This document shows positions 12,805-25,709 of a stretch of DNA of 64,000 bases, piece by piece. Source of the DNA: Rebecca billardiae RCC1528 (Eukaryota; Protista; Haptophyta); assembly GCA_965240325.2 (NCBI GenBank), contig OZ251251.1, positions 744,001 through 808,000 of the forward strand, in the 5' to 3' direction. Under the pieces are notes generated by a model that saw only the letters and a list, made by a program, of their open reading frames with translations, had not been told where the DNA came from and searched no databases. Every line of letters starts with the position of its first letter. Within the stretch, counting starts at the first letter, position 1. The translations under genes were made by a program, and so were the position numbers.

Positions 12805-13233
12805 CGGGCCGGGGCGGGGTGGGGGCGAGGGGGGCGGCGGGCCGAGCTGCTGCGAGCGGCGTGCACGACGCGCGCACGCGCGCTGCCAGCCTTTCCGCTC
12901 GCCACTGTCAGTGCGGCACTGCGCCCGCCGGCCACTGGTCGAGCAGCGCACGCGGCGCGAGTCCAGTGTTCGGGCACGGGTCCGGTTTGGCTTGTGGTTG
13001 GAGGAGTGCTTGCGCCTGTGCGCAAGGGGCGTGTGCGGAGCGAGGACATCAGGACAAAGCAATGGGGGTACTTACTCTACCCCGCTCTTGATTTTAAGAT
13101 TGGGGGCCCTCGTCCGCCACTCAGCCACTGGTCAAAGTGCTCTTCTTGCCCGGTGGAGGGCGCTGGCGCCTGGGAGGTCGCGTGCGTTCGAGCGCGCCAG
13201 CCGCGCGCCGCGCCGCCGTGGGCGAGGCGAGCC

Positions 13234-16200
13234 ATGCGCCGCGCCTCACCCTCCAAGACCACGGACGCGCACCCGTCCTCCGGCCGCGCCTTCGCTCCGG
13301 ACGAGCGCTTCCGCCCGCCGGCGCCGCCGCGGACGGCGAGCAGCGGGCCCGGCAGCGCCGCGTTCCGGCCGAGCCTGTTCAGCGCGCGCCGGCTCGGCGC
13401 GTCGGACGGCGCGGCCGAGCGTTTGGCACGCTGCGCGCCGCACACGTTCGGCACATCCCGTGGGGGCCAGCTCACGGACAGCGCGGCCGAGCGTGGCTGC
13501 AACATGCCGAACATGCCGACCCCCGACGGTGGTGCTTCGTTTGATCCACGCAGGCCGACTTTTATGCGACATTCTTCGCGGCGCGAGGGCACGGCGGTGA
13601 GCGATGGTGGCGTGCGTGCGGTGGAGACGGCCGCACACGGCACTGCCGGTGCGCGGCGCACGCGCGGCGCACGGCGCGTGCGCTCGTCTCATGGCTGACG
13701 CTCGGTGCCACGCGGCGCACCGGCGCGGATCGATGCGTGCGTGTGCTCACCTGCGCCTCGCCACGCTCGCGCCCGCGCGCGCGTGCGCGCACACGGCGGG
13801 TACACAGGTGGGGGCCCCGTCAGGGCTGCCGCCGCCTCGGGCGGAGCCGTTGGCTTTGGCGGCGCGGCGCGCCACAGCAGGGGCGGCGCGCTCAGCCAGC
13901 CGTTCGCGCTGGTTGCCCCCTCGCAGCACGCTGCCGGCGGCGGCGGGCTCGGCGGGCCCGGCGCATTCGAATTCGACGACGACTTCGGATTCGACGACTC
14001 CGAACCCGGCGGGCGCGACGGCGCCGCCGATCCTCGCGCATTCCTCGCGCGCGGCGTCGTCGCCCGCCGGGCGGCGCGCGGCGCGCGCGGCCCCGCGGAC
14101 GACGGCGCGCGCTTCGGCCCGCCCCCGCTCGGCGCATGCGCGTCGGCGAACCCGTCGGACCAGCTCGCGCGGCTGCGCGCGATTGGGGCCATCTACGGCC
14201 GCGGCCGCGCGGCGCCCCCCGCGATTCCGGGCGCGGCGATGCTCGCGCAGGGCGGCGTGGCGCCGCGCGCGCTCCCGCGTGCTCCGCTCTCGCCTCGGGC
14301 GGCCTCCGCACGCGCGCCACCGCTGCCACCCTTCGACCACCTGCGCCAGCTCGCGATGCCTGCGGGCATGGCCGCCCCTCGGCGCGGCATCGCGTACGAG
14401 GACGACTCCTTCGACGACCCGGAGGACAGCGCGCGCGAGGAGCCGCCCACGCCGCCGCGCTCGCCATCGCCGCCGCTGCCATCGCCGCCTAGCGACGGGT
14501 TCGGCGGAGGCGGAGGTCTTGGCCACCCGGCCGGCGGCGGCACGCGCCAAGGGGGAGCGGGCGGCAGCGGCGGCGCGGCGCGCGGCAGCCGCGGGATCGG
14601 CGGCTCGCGCTTCTTCTTCGCCAACCCGGCGGTGGCGGCGGCCCACGGCGCAGGCCGCGCGCGACCCAACCCGCTCACCGGTCGCCCTGCTTGGCGCGCG
14701 CCGCCGCCCTCCGCCGCCGATGGGCCCGCGGCGCCCCAGGCCGCACCGTCGTCGTCTGCAGACCCATCTGCGCTGTACGCGCGCATGCTGATCGACACGC
14801 TCGCGCGCATGCGCTCGCAGCTCGACTCCGCTTCGCTGCAGTTGGGCGGCGGCGCGGCGGGGCAGCAGGGGCAGCAGCAGCAGTCGCACGCGCAGCAGCT
14901 GCGGCAGCGGCAGCAGCAGCAGCAGCAGCAGCAGGACACACGCAACGCTCTGCGCGCGATCCTCCAGGGCCGCCTTGCCAGCGGCTACGCCCGGCAGGCG
15001 GCGGCGGCGGCGTTGCCCCGCAGCAGCCGGGCCGCGCGCGCGCACGGCGCGTCCGCCGCCGCCGACGACGACGACGCCGCCGACGCCGCCGACGCCGACG
15101 ACAGCGCCCTTCTCGAGAGCTGCGAGGAGCGACTCTCTCTCAAGTGCCCCGTCACACTTGCGCGGCTTCGGGTGCCTGCGCGCGTGCAGGGCTGCGCGCA
15201 CGCGGCGTGCGTGGAGCGCGCCGAGCTGGAGCGCTACGCGGCCGCCAAGCCCGGCCGCCCGTGCCCGCTCTGCTCGCGGCGGCAGCGCGCGCAGCCGGCG
15301 CAGATCCGCGAGTGCCCGCTGATGGCGGCGGTGCTGGAGGCGGCGAGCGCGCGCGGCATTGACCCGGACTCGCACCGCGCGCTGGTGCGCGGGCGGAAGC
15401 TGGGCGCGATGCGCGCGGGCGAGTGCCCCGTGCGCGTCGTCGACCCCAACCCGAACCCCAACCCTAACCGCCTCGGCCCCGACGAGCCGCCCACCGTCGT
15501 CGACGCGGACGACGCCGTGGTGATTTCATTCGTCCCGATCGGCACACCCGCGGGCCGCGGCGGTGCGGGCGGCCGCGGCGGTGCGGGCGGCGCGGAGGTG
15601 GTGGACCTGCTGAGCGCGGAGCCTGGCGAGCCGCCGCCGCCGCAGCAGCCGCGCCCACGGCCGCCACGGCCGCAGCAGCCGCAGCAGCCGCAGCCGCGCG
15701 CGCGCGACGGCGGTGCGGCCGAGCCGGCGGAGGCGCCGCGCCCGAAGCGGCAGCGCGTGCGCGTGCCCGGCGGCGCGCCGCCCGCACGTCCGCCCGCCAA
15801 CGCGGCCCATATCGACTTGACGCTTGACGACGACGACGACGACGACGATGGCTGCGGCGGTGACGGCTTCCGCGGCGGGCGTGGCAGCGGCGGTGCACGC
15901 GAGTGCGCCGCCCTCGAGCTGAGGGCCGCCGCCGCGGCGGCGGCCGTGGCCGCTGCGTACGAGCATCAAACCGTCGCAGCAGCCGTGGCCGCGCACGGCG
16001 GCGGCCGCCGCGACCAATCCCAAGGCTCCAGCGAAGGCGGCACTTGGGCTGCGACGGCCAGGGGGGCGACGCGCGCGCGCACGCCCGCGCCGCCGCCGCA
16101 CGACGCCGTTCCCGAGCTCGCCCTCTGGCGCGCATTCCTGCAGGGCGACGACGACGACGCACCCGCCGTCGCCCCCGCGGGGCCGACGGCCGACGCCGCT

Positions 16201-16299
16201 GCGGAGTGCTGCGAGGAGGAGGCGGCCATCTTTGGGCTGGACGACCTGTTTGCGCTGTGCGAGAGCGGCGAGAGCGAGCATGCAGAGTCGTGGCGCTGA
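13234..16299 (+). CDS. SP-RING (MIZ/Nse2-type) zinc finger protein, putative SUMO E3 ligase with SUMO-interacting motifs
   Basis: ERLSLKCPVTLARLRVPARVQGCAHAACVE...CPLC matches SP-RING. SIM-like motifs VVDLLS and HIDLTLDDDDDDD. Start inferred at ATG 13234 with a phase-1 intron ~13607/13610-13807 joining the 13705-16299 frame. The 5' structure is uncertain. Confidence 0.75.
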
Positions 16300-16643
16300 G
16301 TGAGCGTTGGCACGGAGGCGCGGGGCGGAGGCGTGCGCGCGCCGCTGCGGGCCGGACGGGCCAGCGGCCGCACTGTGGCTCACTCAGCGGGCGGCGTCTC
16401 AGCATCAGCAGGCGCTGGCACGCGCAGCCGACGGCGGCGGCGCGGCGTGGGCGTGGCCAGCCCTGATCAGCGCGCTACTGCTACTGCTGCTATACGCGAT
16501 GATGATATGATGAGCGCCTGCTATATATATTACCGCGAGCGCGCATATGCTGCTGCGCCACATATATGCTAGTCGTCGTCAGCGCAACGACGATGTATAC
16601 ACATGTATATCGACGAGTAGGACGCGGCGCGGCAGCGCGTCGA

Positions 16644-19290
16644 TCATTCCGCCTCGTCGTCGTCAGCGCTGCTGCTGCCCAGCGGCAGCACGTGCCCGCC
16701 CCGCGCGTCACGGCTTTCAGGCGTCGGCCCGCCCGTCGCGGGCGCTGCTGACGACGGCATGACAGCGGCGGGCACCGGGCAGCTGCTCGCCCCACTGCCC
16801 GCGCGCACGGCCGCGGGCACACCACTCGGCGCTGCCGCGCCGCCGCCGCCGCCTGCCCCGGCCGGCGGCGCCGGCTGCTGCTGCGGCGCGGCGCGGCGGC
16901 CATGCCGGCGCAGCGTCCTGAGCAGCTGCCTGGCAGCCGGGCTGAGGGGCGCGGCGGCACCGCCGGCCGGGAGGCCGTGGTGCGGCGGCGGGCGCACCGG
17001 CACGGCGAAGAAGGGGTCCGCGAGCAGGTCGAGCAGCGTGGGCGGCTTGTGCGCGCGCGCCGAGCCCGCGCCGCCAAAGCCAACGCCGGGCGGCGGCGGC
17101 GGCGCCGGAAAGAAGATGGTGCGCAGCACTCGCCACGCGCCCGGCGCGCCCGGGAACGCCGCGCCGCGCCGCAGCCCTTCCGCGACGTGGGCGTGCTCTG
17201 CGGGTGTGCCGGGCGTGCGCGCGGCGCGGCGGCAGCGCGGCGGGGGCACCGGGCAGAGCGAGGGAGAGGCGGCCAGCAGCAGCAGCCCAGCAGCACCGTC
17301 TGAGCACTGCGGCGGGCGCAAGCGCGCGCGCAGACCGTGGGCGCGCGTGCACGCGCGCGCGCGGCGCAGGAGCGGCGCGGCAGCGCGCACCCGCGGGCGT
17401 GAGCTCTGCGCCCGTCGTCATCTCGAACAGCACGTGCCCAAAGCAGACCACCTCCGGACTGGCGCCCGCCGCAGCCGGCACCGGGCCGCCGCCGGCGGCG
17501 TCGGCGGCGGCCGTCGCGCGCCGCGGCGGCGCGTGCACACTGGCCGGCACAGGAGGCGGCGGCGCCGCCGTCGTCGTCGTCGTCGTCGCGGCCGGCGCGG
17601 TGCGGTGCGCGGGCCCGCCGGGCGCGGCAGCGCCGCCCGCGCGCTCGGCGGCGCCGTCCACCGCGTGCGCCTCCGCGCTCGGCGGCGGCCACCCCGCCAG
17701 CAGCGCCCCGTACGGACTCAGCCCAAGCAGGCCGCACTCGAGGCCCGACAGCAGACAACACAGCTGCGACTCCGCCCCGCCGCCGCCGCCGCCGCCGCGC
17801 GCCAAGCCGCCGCCGCCGCCGCCGCCGCGCGCGTGCGCAGCGCCGCCGGCCGGCTCGTCGTCGTCGTACGCGTCGAGCCCGGCGCCACCGCCGCCGCTCC
17901 CGCTCCCGCCGCTACTCCCGCCGCCGTCCCCGCCGCCGCCCAGCCGTACCCGGTTTACCCGGTTTACCCGGTTTCGTCGGCGCGGCCGGCTGATCAGCAG
18001 CACGTTGCCCGAGTGCACGTGCGGCGCCGGCAGCCCGAGCTCGAGGCGGAGGAAGCGGAGCGCCTCGAGGATCTGCCGGCCGAACGCGGCCACCTGCGCC
18101 GCGGGCAGCGGGCGCGGCGCCATCGCCGCGTCCTCCGCGTCGGGCCGGTACTTCTCGGCATACGGCCGCAGCGGCGGCGCGCTGTGGTGCAGGTGGTCTC
18201 GGAGCGAGCCCAGAGGTTGCAGCGGCCGCAGCGCGAGGAGCTGGCGCTTGCGGGGGTCGGCGCGCGCGTGGAGCACCGGCGCGAGGAACGGGTGGCTGCG
18301 CGACGCGACGACGAGCAGCTCGCACAGCGCCGCCCACGCCGCCGCGCCCTCGGCCGCGGCCGAAGCGGGGGCGGCGGCGGCGGCGGGCCGCGGCGGGCCG
18401 CCGCCGCCGCCGCCGCCGCCGCCGCGCTCGGGCGAGGCGCCGCGCGGCGGCGCGGCGCTCGCGGGCGACGTGTCGCCGGAGGACAGGCGGTCGTCCGACG
18501 GGCTGCCGCCCACCGCCGCGCCGCCGCCGCCGCCGCCGCCCTCGCTCGCGCGCGCCCCGCCGGCCGCCGCCGCGCCCGCCTGGTGCGCGCTCGGCTGCGG
18601 GCTTGGCCGGCGTGCGGGCGACGCGCGCGCGGACGACGAAGGGGCGGCGGCTCCGGGCGGCCGGTGCTCGCGCGGCGCGAGCCACGGGCAGTCGGCCGCC
18701 GCGACGGTCACCGTGGCCATCACCTCCAGCGATCCCGCGCCGCCCACGCCCGCCACGCCGCCGCCGCCGCGGCCGCCGCCGCCGCCGAGCGCAACGCCGC
18801 CGAGCGCGCTCGCGGCGAGGCTGACGGCGCGCTTGGCCACGCCGCCGGGCGCGGAGGCGTCCTCGCCGCTCAGCTCGGCGCCGTCCAGCCCCGCGCCGAG
18901 CAGCGTCGGCCCGTCGCAGCGCAGCGTGTAGTAGCACTTGCTGTAGGCGTCGTCGCGAACGTTCCGGGAACCGACCGGGAGCGGCCCGCTGAGGGTGGCG
19001 AGGCGCGCGCCCGGCACGGCGCGGAGGAGGTGGCGCGCGTCGGCGAGCGCGTCCGCGCGCTGCGCGACCACGCGCTCCAGCGCCGCGGCGCACGGCCGGC
19101 ACACGCGCTGCGGCTCGTCCGGAGCGATCAGCCTGGGCGGCAGCAGGCACCGCTCGTGCGCGCAGCCGTTGCAGAAGACGTGGCCGCAATGGCGGCAGTG
19201 GTGCCGGCGGAGGACGAGGGAGAAGGGCGCGCGGCACCCCTCGCACGCCGAGACGCTCTCGTCCGGCACCCACTCCACGCGCAGCGCCAT
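16644..19290 (-). CDS. FYVE zinc finger + SLOB/PXK-family kinase-like (pseudokinase) protein
   Basis: WVPDESVSACEGCRAPFSLVLRRHHCRHCGHVFC...QRVCRPC (FYVE). HPFLAP...GSLRDHLH...FGRQILEALRFL...HVHSGNVLL...FGHVLFEMTTG (SLOB/PXK-like, no HRD/DFG). Intron 17198-17390; last exon carries VLRTIFF...PTLLDLLADPFF. Confidence 0.85.
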
Positions 19291-19537
19291 CGCCGCCCGA
19301 GGCGCGGGTGGGCGCGAGGGCGGCCGCTGCAGCAACTCCACTGGCGAAAAGGCTAGGCGAAAAGCCAACCGCGCGGGCCGCAAAAGAAATATAAGCCAAA
19401 CCGTCACTTTTTGCCGTTTTGCGCGGCGGAGAATTCAAAAACTTATCGGAGAGCTCGCGGCGCCACGGCGCGGCTTGCCGCGCTTGAGCTTGACGTCGAC
19501 GCCCTGGACACAACGACCGCACAGGCCCCTCGCGCGC

Positions 19538-22500
19538 ATGAAGCGCAAGGCGGGGGCGCTGCTGCTCGGCGCGGCGCCAGCGCGCGGCAGCGCGGGCACC
19601 GACGGGCGCGCTGCGCGACGCGCGCGCCCCGCCAAGCCCACGCCGCCGCCGCCGCCGCCGCGCGCGCGCGCCGCCGGCGGCGAGGGCGCGCTCTGGGTCG
19701 AGAAGTGGCGGCCGAGCGCGCGCGCGCAGCTGTGCGTGCACCCGCGCAAGGTGGACGAGCTCGCGGCGTGGCTGAGCGGCGTGCGCGTGGACGTGGAGCT
19801 CGGACTCACCCCGTCCACACGCGTCTGCGTGCTCTCCGGCCCGACGGGCTGCGCCAAGACCGCGACCGCGCGTGTGCTCGCGGCCGAGCTCGGCTTTGAA
19901 CTCGTGCGCTGGTCGCCGCCGCGCTCGCTCGAGGCGCTGGACGGCTCGGGGTACGGCGAGTCGCGGCTGCGCGAGTTTGAGACGTTCATGCGCACCGCCA
20001 CGCGCGTCGGCGGGCTCACGCTGTGCGCGGCGCCCACCGGCGGTGCGGGCGGCGCGCGCGCCGGCGCGGGCGGCACCGCGCCGGCGCCCGCGCCGCCCGC
20101 GCGGCTGCGGCTGTTGCACATCGAGGAGCTGCCGAGCGCGCCGGGCTCGGGCTCGGAGGCGGAGTTTGGGCGGCAGCTCGCCGCCATCCTGCGCGGCGCC
20201 GCGTGCCGCTCGCGCTTCCCGCTGCTCTTCGAGAGCGGCGCGGAGGGCGTGGGCGTGGGCGAGACGCAGTGGCTGCTCGGTGCCTCGTGCTTTGGCGGAG
20301 GCGGCGGCGGCGGCGGCGGGGACGCGGCGGCGGGCGGCGAGGAGGGCGGCGCGGCGGGGCCGCCCGTGCCCGCAGTGCACGTGGCGCTCAACGCGGTCGC
20401 GCCCACCTTCCTCGCCAAGGCGCTGCGCCGCGTGCTCGAGCTGGAGCAGCCGCGGCCGCAGCCGCAGCCGCGGCCGCATGCGCACGCACAAGCGCAGCCG
20501 CAGCGCGCGCCGGACGAGCGCGCAGCGGGCGGCGGCGGCGGCGGCGGCGGCGCAGCCAGTGCCGCGTCCGCGGCGGCCGCGGCGTGCGCGGCGGCGTGCG
20601 CCTCCGCGGACGGCTGTGTCGACGCGCTGGTGGACGGGTGCGCGGGGGACGTGCGGCAGGCGGTCGGAGCGCTGCAGCTTCACTGCGTCGCGGCGGCGGC
20701 GAGCGCGAGCGCCGCGGCGTCCGGTGTGGCCGGGGGCGGCGCGGCGGCGGCGCGCGCCGGCGGCAAGGCCGGCGCTGGCGGCAAGGGCAGCGCGGCCGCA
20801 CGGCGTCGTGCGGGCGGCGGCGCGCGGCCGACGCAGCCGAGCGCTCACGGCTCGCTGACGCCCGCGGCGGCCTCGGCGACCTCCAACCCGTCCGCCGCGT
20901 CGGCCGCGTCGGCCGGCTGGCCGGCGGGCGGCGCGCACCGCGCCGTGCTCGGCGTGGGCAGCAAGGACCAGTTCGTCGGACTCTTCCAGACGCTCGGGCG
21001 CATCCTGCACCGCAAGCTCGGCGCACACGCCAGCAAGGCGGCCGGCGGCGGCGCGCCGGGCGGCGCGCCCGGCGGCGCCGGGGCCGCCGCCGCCGCTGCC
21101 GCGCGCGCCGAGGATGAGTGGACCCGTGTCGGGCTGTCGCCGCGCCGCGGCGCGAGCGATGCCGACGCCGGCGCCGCCGACGCCGGCGCCGCGCTCGACG
21201 CGGCGTCCGAGCCCGCGCGCGCGCCGGGCCCCGACGAGGCCGGCGGCGCGCCGCCGCCGCAGCCCGCCGCGGCGCGCCGCCGCCGGCTGGGCGCACGGTG
21301 CGCGCTGCTGGCGCACTGCCCGGAGGAGGAGCTGCAACTGTCGACGGTTGGGGCGGGCGCGCTGCTGCCCTTCCTGCAGCAGAACTACCCGCCGTACTTC
21401 TCGCGCATCGAGGACGTCGCACACGCGGCGGGCGCGCTCAGCGAGGCGGCGCTGCTCGCCTCGCCCGCGGTGCCGCAGTGGGCGGAGGCGCTCGAGCCAG
21501 CCGCCGCCTCGCTCGCGGCGCGCGCGCTGATGGCTTACAACAGCGCGCCCGCGGCGAATAAGTGGCAGGTGCGGCGTGCGCGCGCGCCGCGCGTGCGTGC
21601 GCCGCCGGCACTCCGCCGCGGGCGCGCGCGTGCCGCCCTGGGCTGCTGCGGCTGCCGCCGCTGCTGCTGCTGCTGCTGCCCCTGCTGCTGCTGCTGTGCT
21701 GCTGCGGCTGCGGCTGCCCCTGCCCCTGCTGCTGCTGCTGCTGCTGCGCCGAGCCGGCCGCTGCGGCGCGCGCCGGGGCGGAGGCGGAGGCGGCGGTGGC
21801 GCTTGGCCGGCATGGCAGCCGCTGCGGCGCGGCACAGCAGCTGAGCACCACCGCGCCGCCCGCCCCCTCGCCGCGCGGCCGCGCGCAGGCGGTGCGCAGG
21901 CCTGAGCTCTTCGCTACCGAGGGCCGCGCGCGCGCGCGGCTTGCCGAGCTCAGGGCGGCGGCGCGCGGCGCGGGCGCGGCCGGGTGCGCGCGCGGAGCGG
22001 ACTGCGCGCGCGCGCCCTTGTTCGCTCGTGCGTGTGTGTGCGCGTGTGCTGTGCCGCGCGTACGCCCCCGCGCGCCGCGCGTGCCGCGCGCGCCGACGCA
22101 GCACCGCCGCCTCACCAGACCCGCCGCCCGCCCGCCCGCCCGCCTGCTCGGCGCGCGCGCCGAGCGCGCCGCGCCCTCGCCGCCCCCGCGCGTGGCGTGC
22201 GCGCGCGGTGCAGGCTTGGGCAGTGCAGCAGCGCGCGGCTGCTCGGTGTCGAGCTCGGCGGCCACCTGCCCCTGCTGCAGGCGCGCGCCGCCGAGCGCGC
22301 GGCCGCCGCGGCGAGGCCGGGTGGCGCCGCGGGCGGCGCGGCGGCGCGGAGCGCCCTCGGCGCGGCCGCGCAGGGCGTGGCGCCTCCGCCGCCGAGGCCG
22401 GCTCCGGTGGGCGCTGGCGCGTGGGCTCCGCCGCCGCACGCGCCGCCGGGCGGCGCGCCGGCAGGCACGGCGTACCCTGCGCTGCACGGTGGCGGGTGTG

Positions 22501-23180
22501 GCGGCTCCGCCGGCGGCTATGGCGGCAGCCATGCTCGGCCGGCCGCGGCGGCCGGCGCTGGCTGGGGCGGTGGCGGCGCGGCCGCAGCGGCGCGCGGCGC
22601 GGGTGGCCCCGGCTGTGGCCCCGGCGCCCGCTGCGCCCACGGCCATCACGGCGGCGGGTGTGCTGCTGGCCCCGTGCCCTGGCCGCCGCCGCCGCCGCCG
22701 CCCGGAGCCGGCGGCCCCGCGGCCATGGGCGCAGCGGGCTGTGTCGGCCGGGCGCCGCCCCAGTGGCAGCCGCAGCAGCAGCGGCAGCAGCAGCCGCAGC
22801 CGCAGCAGCAGGGGTGGGGGCAGCAGCAGCAGCAGCAGCAGCGGCCGCATGGCGGCGGCCACCCCGCAGCCAGCCAGCACTGGCAGGGCGCGCGCCCCGC
22901 GCCTCTCCACGCGGGCGCAGTGCCTGCGCCGTGGCCGCCGCCCACGCCGGGCGCGATGGGTCCGGGCGCGGCGCCCCACTGGGCCGGCGCCGCGCCCGCG
23001 TGGGGCGGCGGCAGCGCGGGCCCAGCCCGCCCGGGCGGCGGCGCTTTGGCTGTGGCGGGCGCGGCGCCCGCGGCTGGATGCGCCCCGGGTGGTGGCACTG
23101 GGACTGGCGGCGGCGATGGCCGGGGCGGCGCTGGTGCCGGGGCCGGTGGCGACGAGATCGAGGAGGCGGACGACTTCTGA
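19538..23180 (+). CDS. RAD17: Cell-cycle checkpoint clamp loader RAD17
   Basis: LWVEKWRP...LCVHPRKVDEL, Walker A GPTGCAKT, LLHIEELP, GDVRQAV, KDQFVGLFQTLGRILHRK, FLQQNY, acidic end DEIEEADDF. Exons 19538-21568, 21889-21983, 22214-23180 with consistent phases. Confidence 0.93.
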
Positions 23181-23398
23181 GACGGCGGGGGGCTCAGCAG
23201 CAGTCCTGGGCGGGGCCAGCCATTCGCGTCGTCACATGTTCACGAATCACGCCAGTCGGTCTGTTAGACTTAGTCGGGTCGGTACCTAACTGCTAACAGG
23301 GACGCCCGACCCGGACCTCCGGATCCACAGCAGACCGGACACAGCGGGACACAGCACGCCTCCACACAGCGCCGGTCGAGCCCGGCAAATCTCGCAGC

Positions 23399-25228
23399 AT
23401 GGCGACGCTCGACCCGATGGCGCGGACGATGCACGCGCTCGGCGCGGTGGACCCGCGGTACGAGTCGACGGTGATCGGCGTGGCGCACCTGGACGCGCCG
23501 GTTGAGCTGGACGCGCTGCGCGAGCGCGCCGAGCGCGAGCTGCTGCGCTTCTGGCCGTTTCGCTCCGTCGTCGACGGCGGCGGCGGCGGCTCGGCGCCGC
23601 GCTGGCGCGAGCTCGTGGAGGTGGACGTGGCGAGCCACGTGGTCGCGCGCGAGCTGCCCTCATTCGACGCGCTCGACGAGTACATCGGGCGCGCCCTCGG
23701 CATGCCCTGGGACTGGAGCGCGCCGCTGTGGCGGATGGAGCTCATCACGTTTGCGGCCAGCGGCGCCGGCGGCGGCGGCGGCGGCGGCGCGTCGGGCGCT
23801 GGGCCGGGCGTGCCCGCCGCCGTGGTGCTCGTGCGCATGAACCACGTCCTCGCCGACGGCGTGAGCATGCTCAAGATCTTCTGCTGCACCTTCGACGGCG
23901 GCGCCGCCAACGCGCGCGACCCGCCGCCGCGCCGCCGCCGGAGGGCGGCGGGCCAGGGCCGCGGGCGTCACGAGCCCGAGATCGCGGCGGCGGTGCGCGG
24001 TGTGCCGCGCCCGCTGCGCTGGGCGTGCGCGTGGGCGCTCGCCGCCGCGCGCCGGCTGTGCGTCTTCGCCAACGGCCTGGCCTACGGCCTGCTGCTGCCC
24101 CTGCTCCCAGCGGACACGCCGAGCGCCCTCAAGCTGCGCGGCTGCCGGCCGGGCGGCGCGGCGGCGGGCGGCGGCGGCGGCGGCGGCGGCGCGGCGGCGG
24201 CGGGCGGGCTCTCCGCGCGGCGCGTCGTGGCGCACGGCGCGCCGATGCCACTGCGCCACGCGCTCGAGGTGAAGGACGCGTTCGGCTGCACGCTCAACGA
24301 CGTGCTCGCAGCGCTCGTCACGGGCGCGGTGCGCCGCCACCTGATCTCGCACGGCCAGATCGCGATCTCACGCGCCGAGATCGCGGGCTCGCCGTGCGAG
24401 GGTGGCGCTGGCGAGGCGGCGGCGGCGGCGGCAGCGGGCGCCCCCGGCGGCGTCGGCGCCCACCCGACGGCCGCGCATGCCCAGCGCGCCGGGCCGCGCC
24501 GCGGGATTGCATCTGGGCCGCTCGCACCCTCCGGGGAGATCGCATCTCGCGAGCAGATTGCATCTCGCGAGCAGCGCGTGCGCGTGCGCGCGCTCTTCCC
24601 GTACAACCGGCGCCCGGACGGCTCGGACGCGCTGGCCGCGCTGGGCAACGAGTGGGCGATGCTCAACCTGGCGCTCCCCGTCGGCCTCGGCGGCGGCGCC
24701 GCCGCCAGATTGCGCGAGATCGCGCGGCGCACCGCCGAGATGAAGATCTCCCCGGAGGCGGCGGTGGCGCTGCGGCTGAATCACCTCGGGCTGTGCGCGC
24801 TCCCGCGCGCCGCCTTCGCCGCGGCCACCTTCGACGTGATGGACAAGATGACGCTGCTGCTGAGCAACGTGGCCGGCCCGGCACAGCCGCTCGCCCTCCT
24901 CGGCGCGCGCGCCTCCCGCCTCTCCTTCTTCGCCACCGCGCTCGTCGGGCTCGCCGTGGACGTACTCTCGTATGACGAAACGCTCTGGCCGACACTCGTT
25001 GCCGACCCGGCTGTGCTGCCGGACGACGGCGCGGCGGCGGCGGCGCTGCTCGAGGGGCTGCACGCCGAGCTGGACGCGCTGCGCAGGGCGGTGGCGGCCG
25101 GCGCGGCCGACGAGCCGCTGCCGCCCGACTGGCGCGCGTGGCGCCGGCTCGGCGCCGTGCTCGCGCTCGGCGGCGCCGCGGGCCTCCTGGCGACGCGCGC
25201 GCTCGCGGCGGTGCGCGGCGCGCGCTGA
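23399..25228 (+). CDS. Wax ester synthase/diacylglycerol acyltransferase (WS/DGAT, WSD family)
   Basis: Intronless 609-aa ORF. PLWRMEL, acyltransferase motif NHVLADG (HHxxxDG-type), CTLNDVL, LGNEW, LSNVAGP and SYD motifs; hydrophobic C-terminal segment. Confidence 0.9.
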   Translation: MATLDPMARTMHALGAVDPRYESTVIGVAHLDAPVELDALRERAERELLRFWPFRSVVDGGGGGSAPRWRELVEVDVASHVVARELPSFDALDEYIGRALGMPWDWSAPLWRMELITFAASGAGGGGGGGASGAGPGVPAAVVLVRMNHVLADGVSMLKIFCCTFDGGAANARDPPPRRRRRAAGQGRGRHEPEIAAAVRGVPRPLRWACAWALAAARRLCVFANGLAYGLLLPLLPADTPSALKLRGCRPGGAAAGGGGGGGGAAAAGGLSARRVVAHGAPMPLRHALEVKDAFGCTLNDVLAALVTGAVRRHLISHGQIAISRAEIAGSPCEGGAGEAAAAAAAGAPGGVGAHPTAAHAQRAGPRRGIASGPLAPSGEIASREQIASREQRVRVRALFPYNRRPDGSDALAALGNEWAMLNLALPVGLGGGAAARLREIARRTAEMKISPEAAVALRLNHLGLCALPRAAFAAATFDVMDKMTLLLSNVAGPAQPLALLGARASRLSFFATALVGLAVDVLSYDETLWPTLVADPAVLPDDGAAAAALLEGLHAELDALRRAVAAGAADEPLPPDWRAWRRLGAVLALGGAAGLLATRALAAVRGAR

Positions 25229-25709
25229 CGACGGTGAGCCGTGCTAGAGGCCTGCCCGTGAGGCTGCAGCCTGAGCAGGGCTTCCGCGCGGGCGGTCCGG
25301 TTAAGGAAGACGCTGCATATCGATCGGCGCGGCCGAGTGGTAACGAGCGCGTCGTCCGGAGCGCCGACTGCACTGCGGCCAGAGCTCGGTGAGGGCACGG
25401 CTGCTGCTGGCGGCCTGGCAGCGGGCGCTGGCCGCGCTGGTGGCAGCGTCAGTGCTCTGTGCTGGCCGGCCACCATCATCATCAATCAGTCTACTACTTA
25501 CTCTCAGTCAGCAGCAGCAGTGCATATACGCGCAGTGTCGTCAATATGACTATCAGTGCGCATACGTCCGCGTCACGATTCTTGACATCGTCCACGCAAG
25601 CCTGATGCATCAGACTGCTGTGCGACGTACTACACAACCCGGCGGCGCGGGCGGTGCTCAGCGGGCGCCGCACTCGGTCGGCACTGCGTGCGGCCTGCGC
25701 GATACCGGG

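Noticed and set aside
19340-19430. E2F-like GGCGAAAA sites in the SLOB/RAD17 promoter
   Set aside because: The matches to the E2F consensus are imperfect and too short to support.
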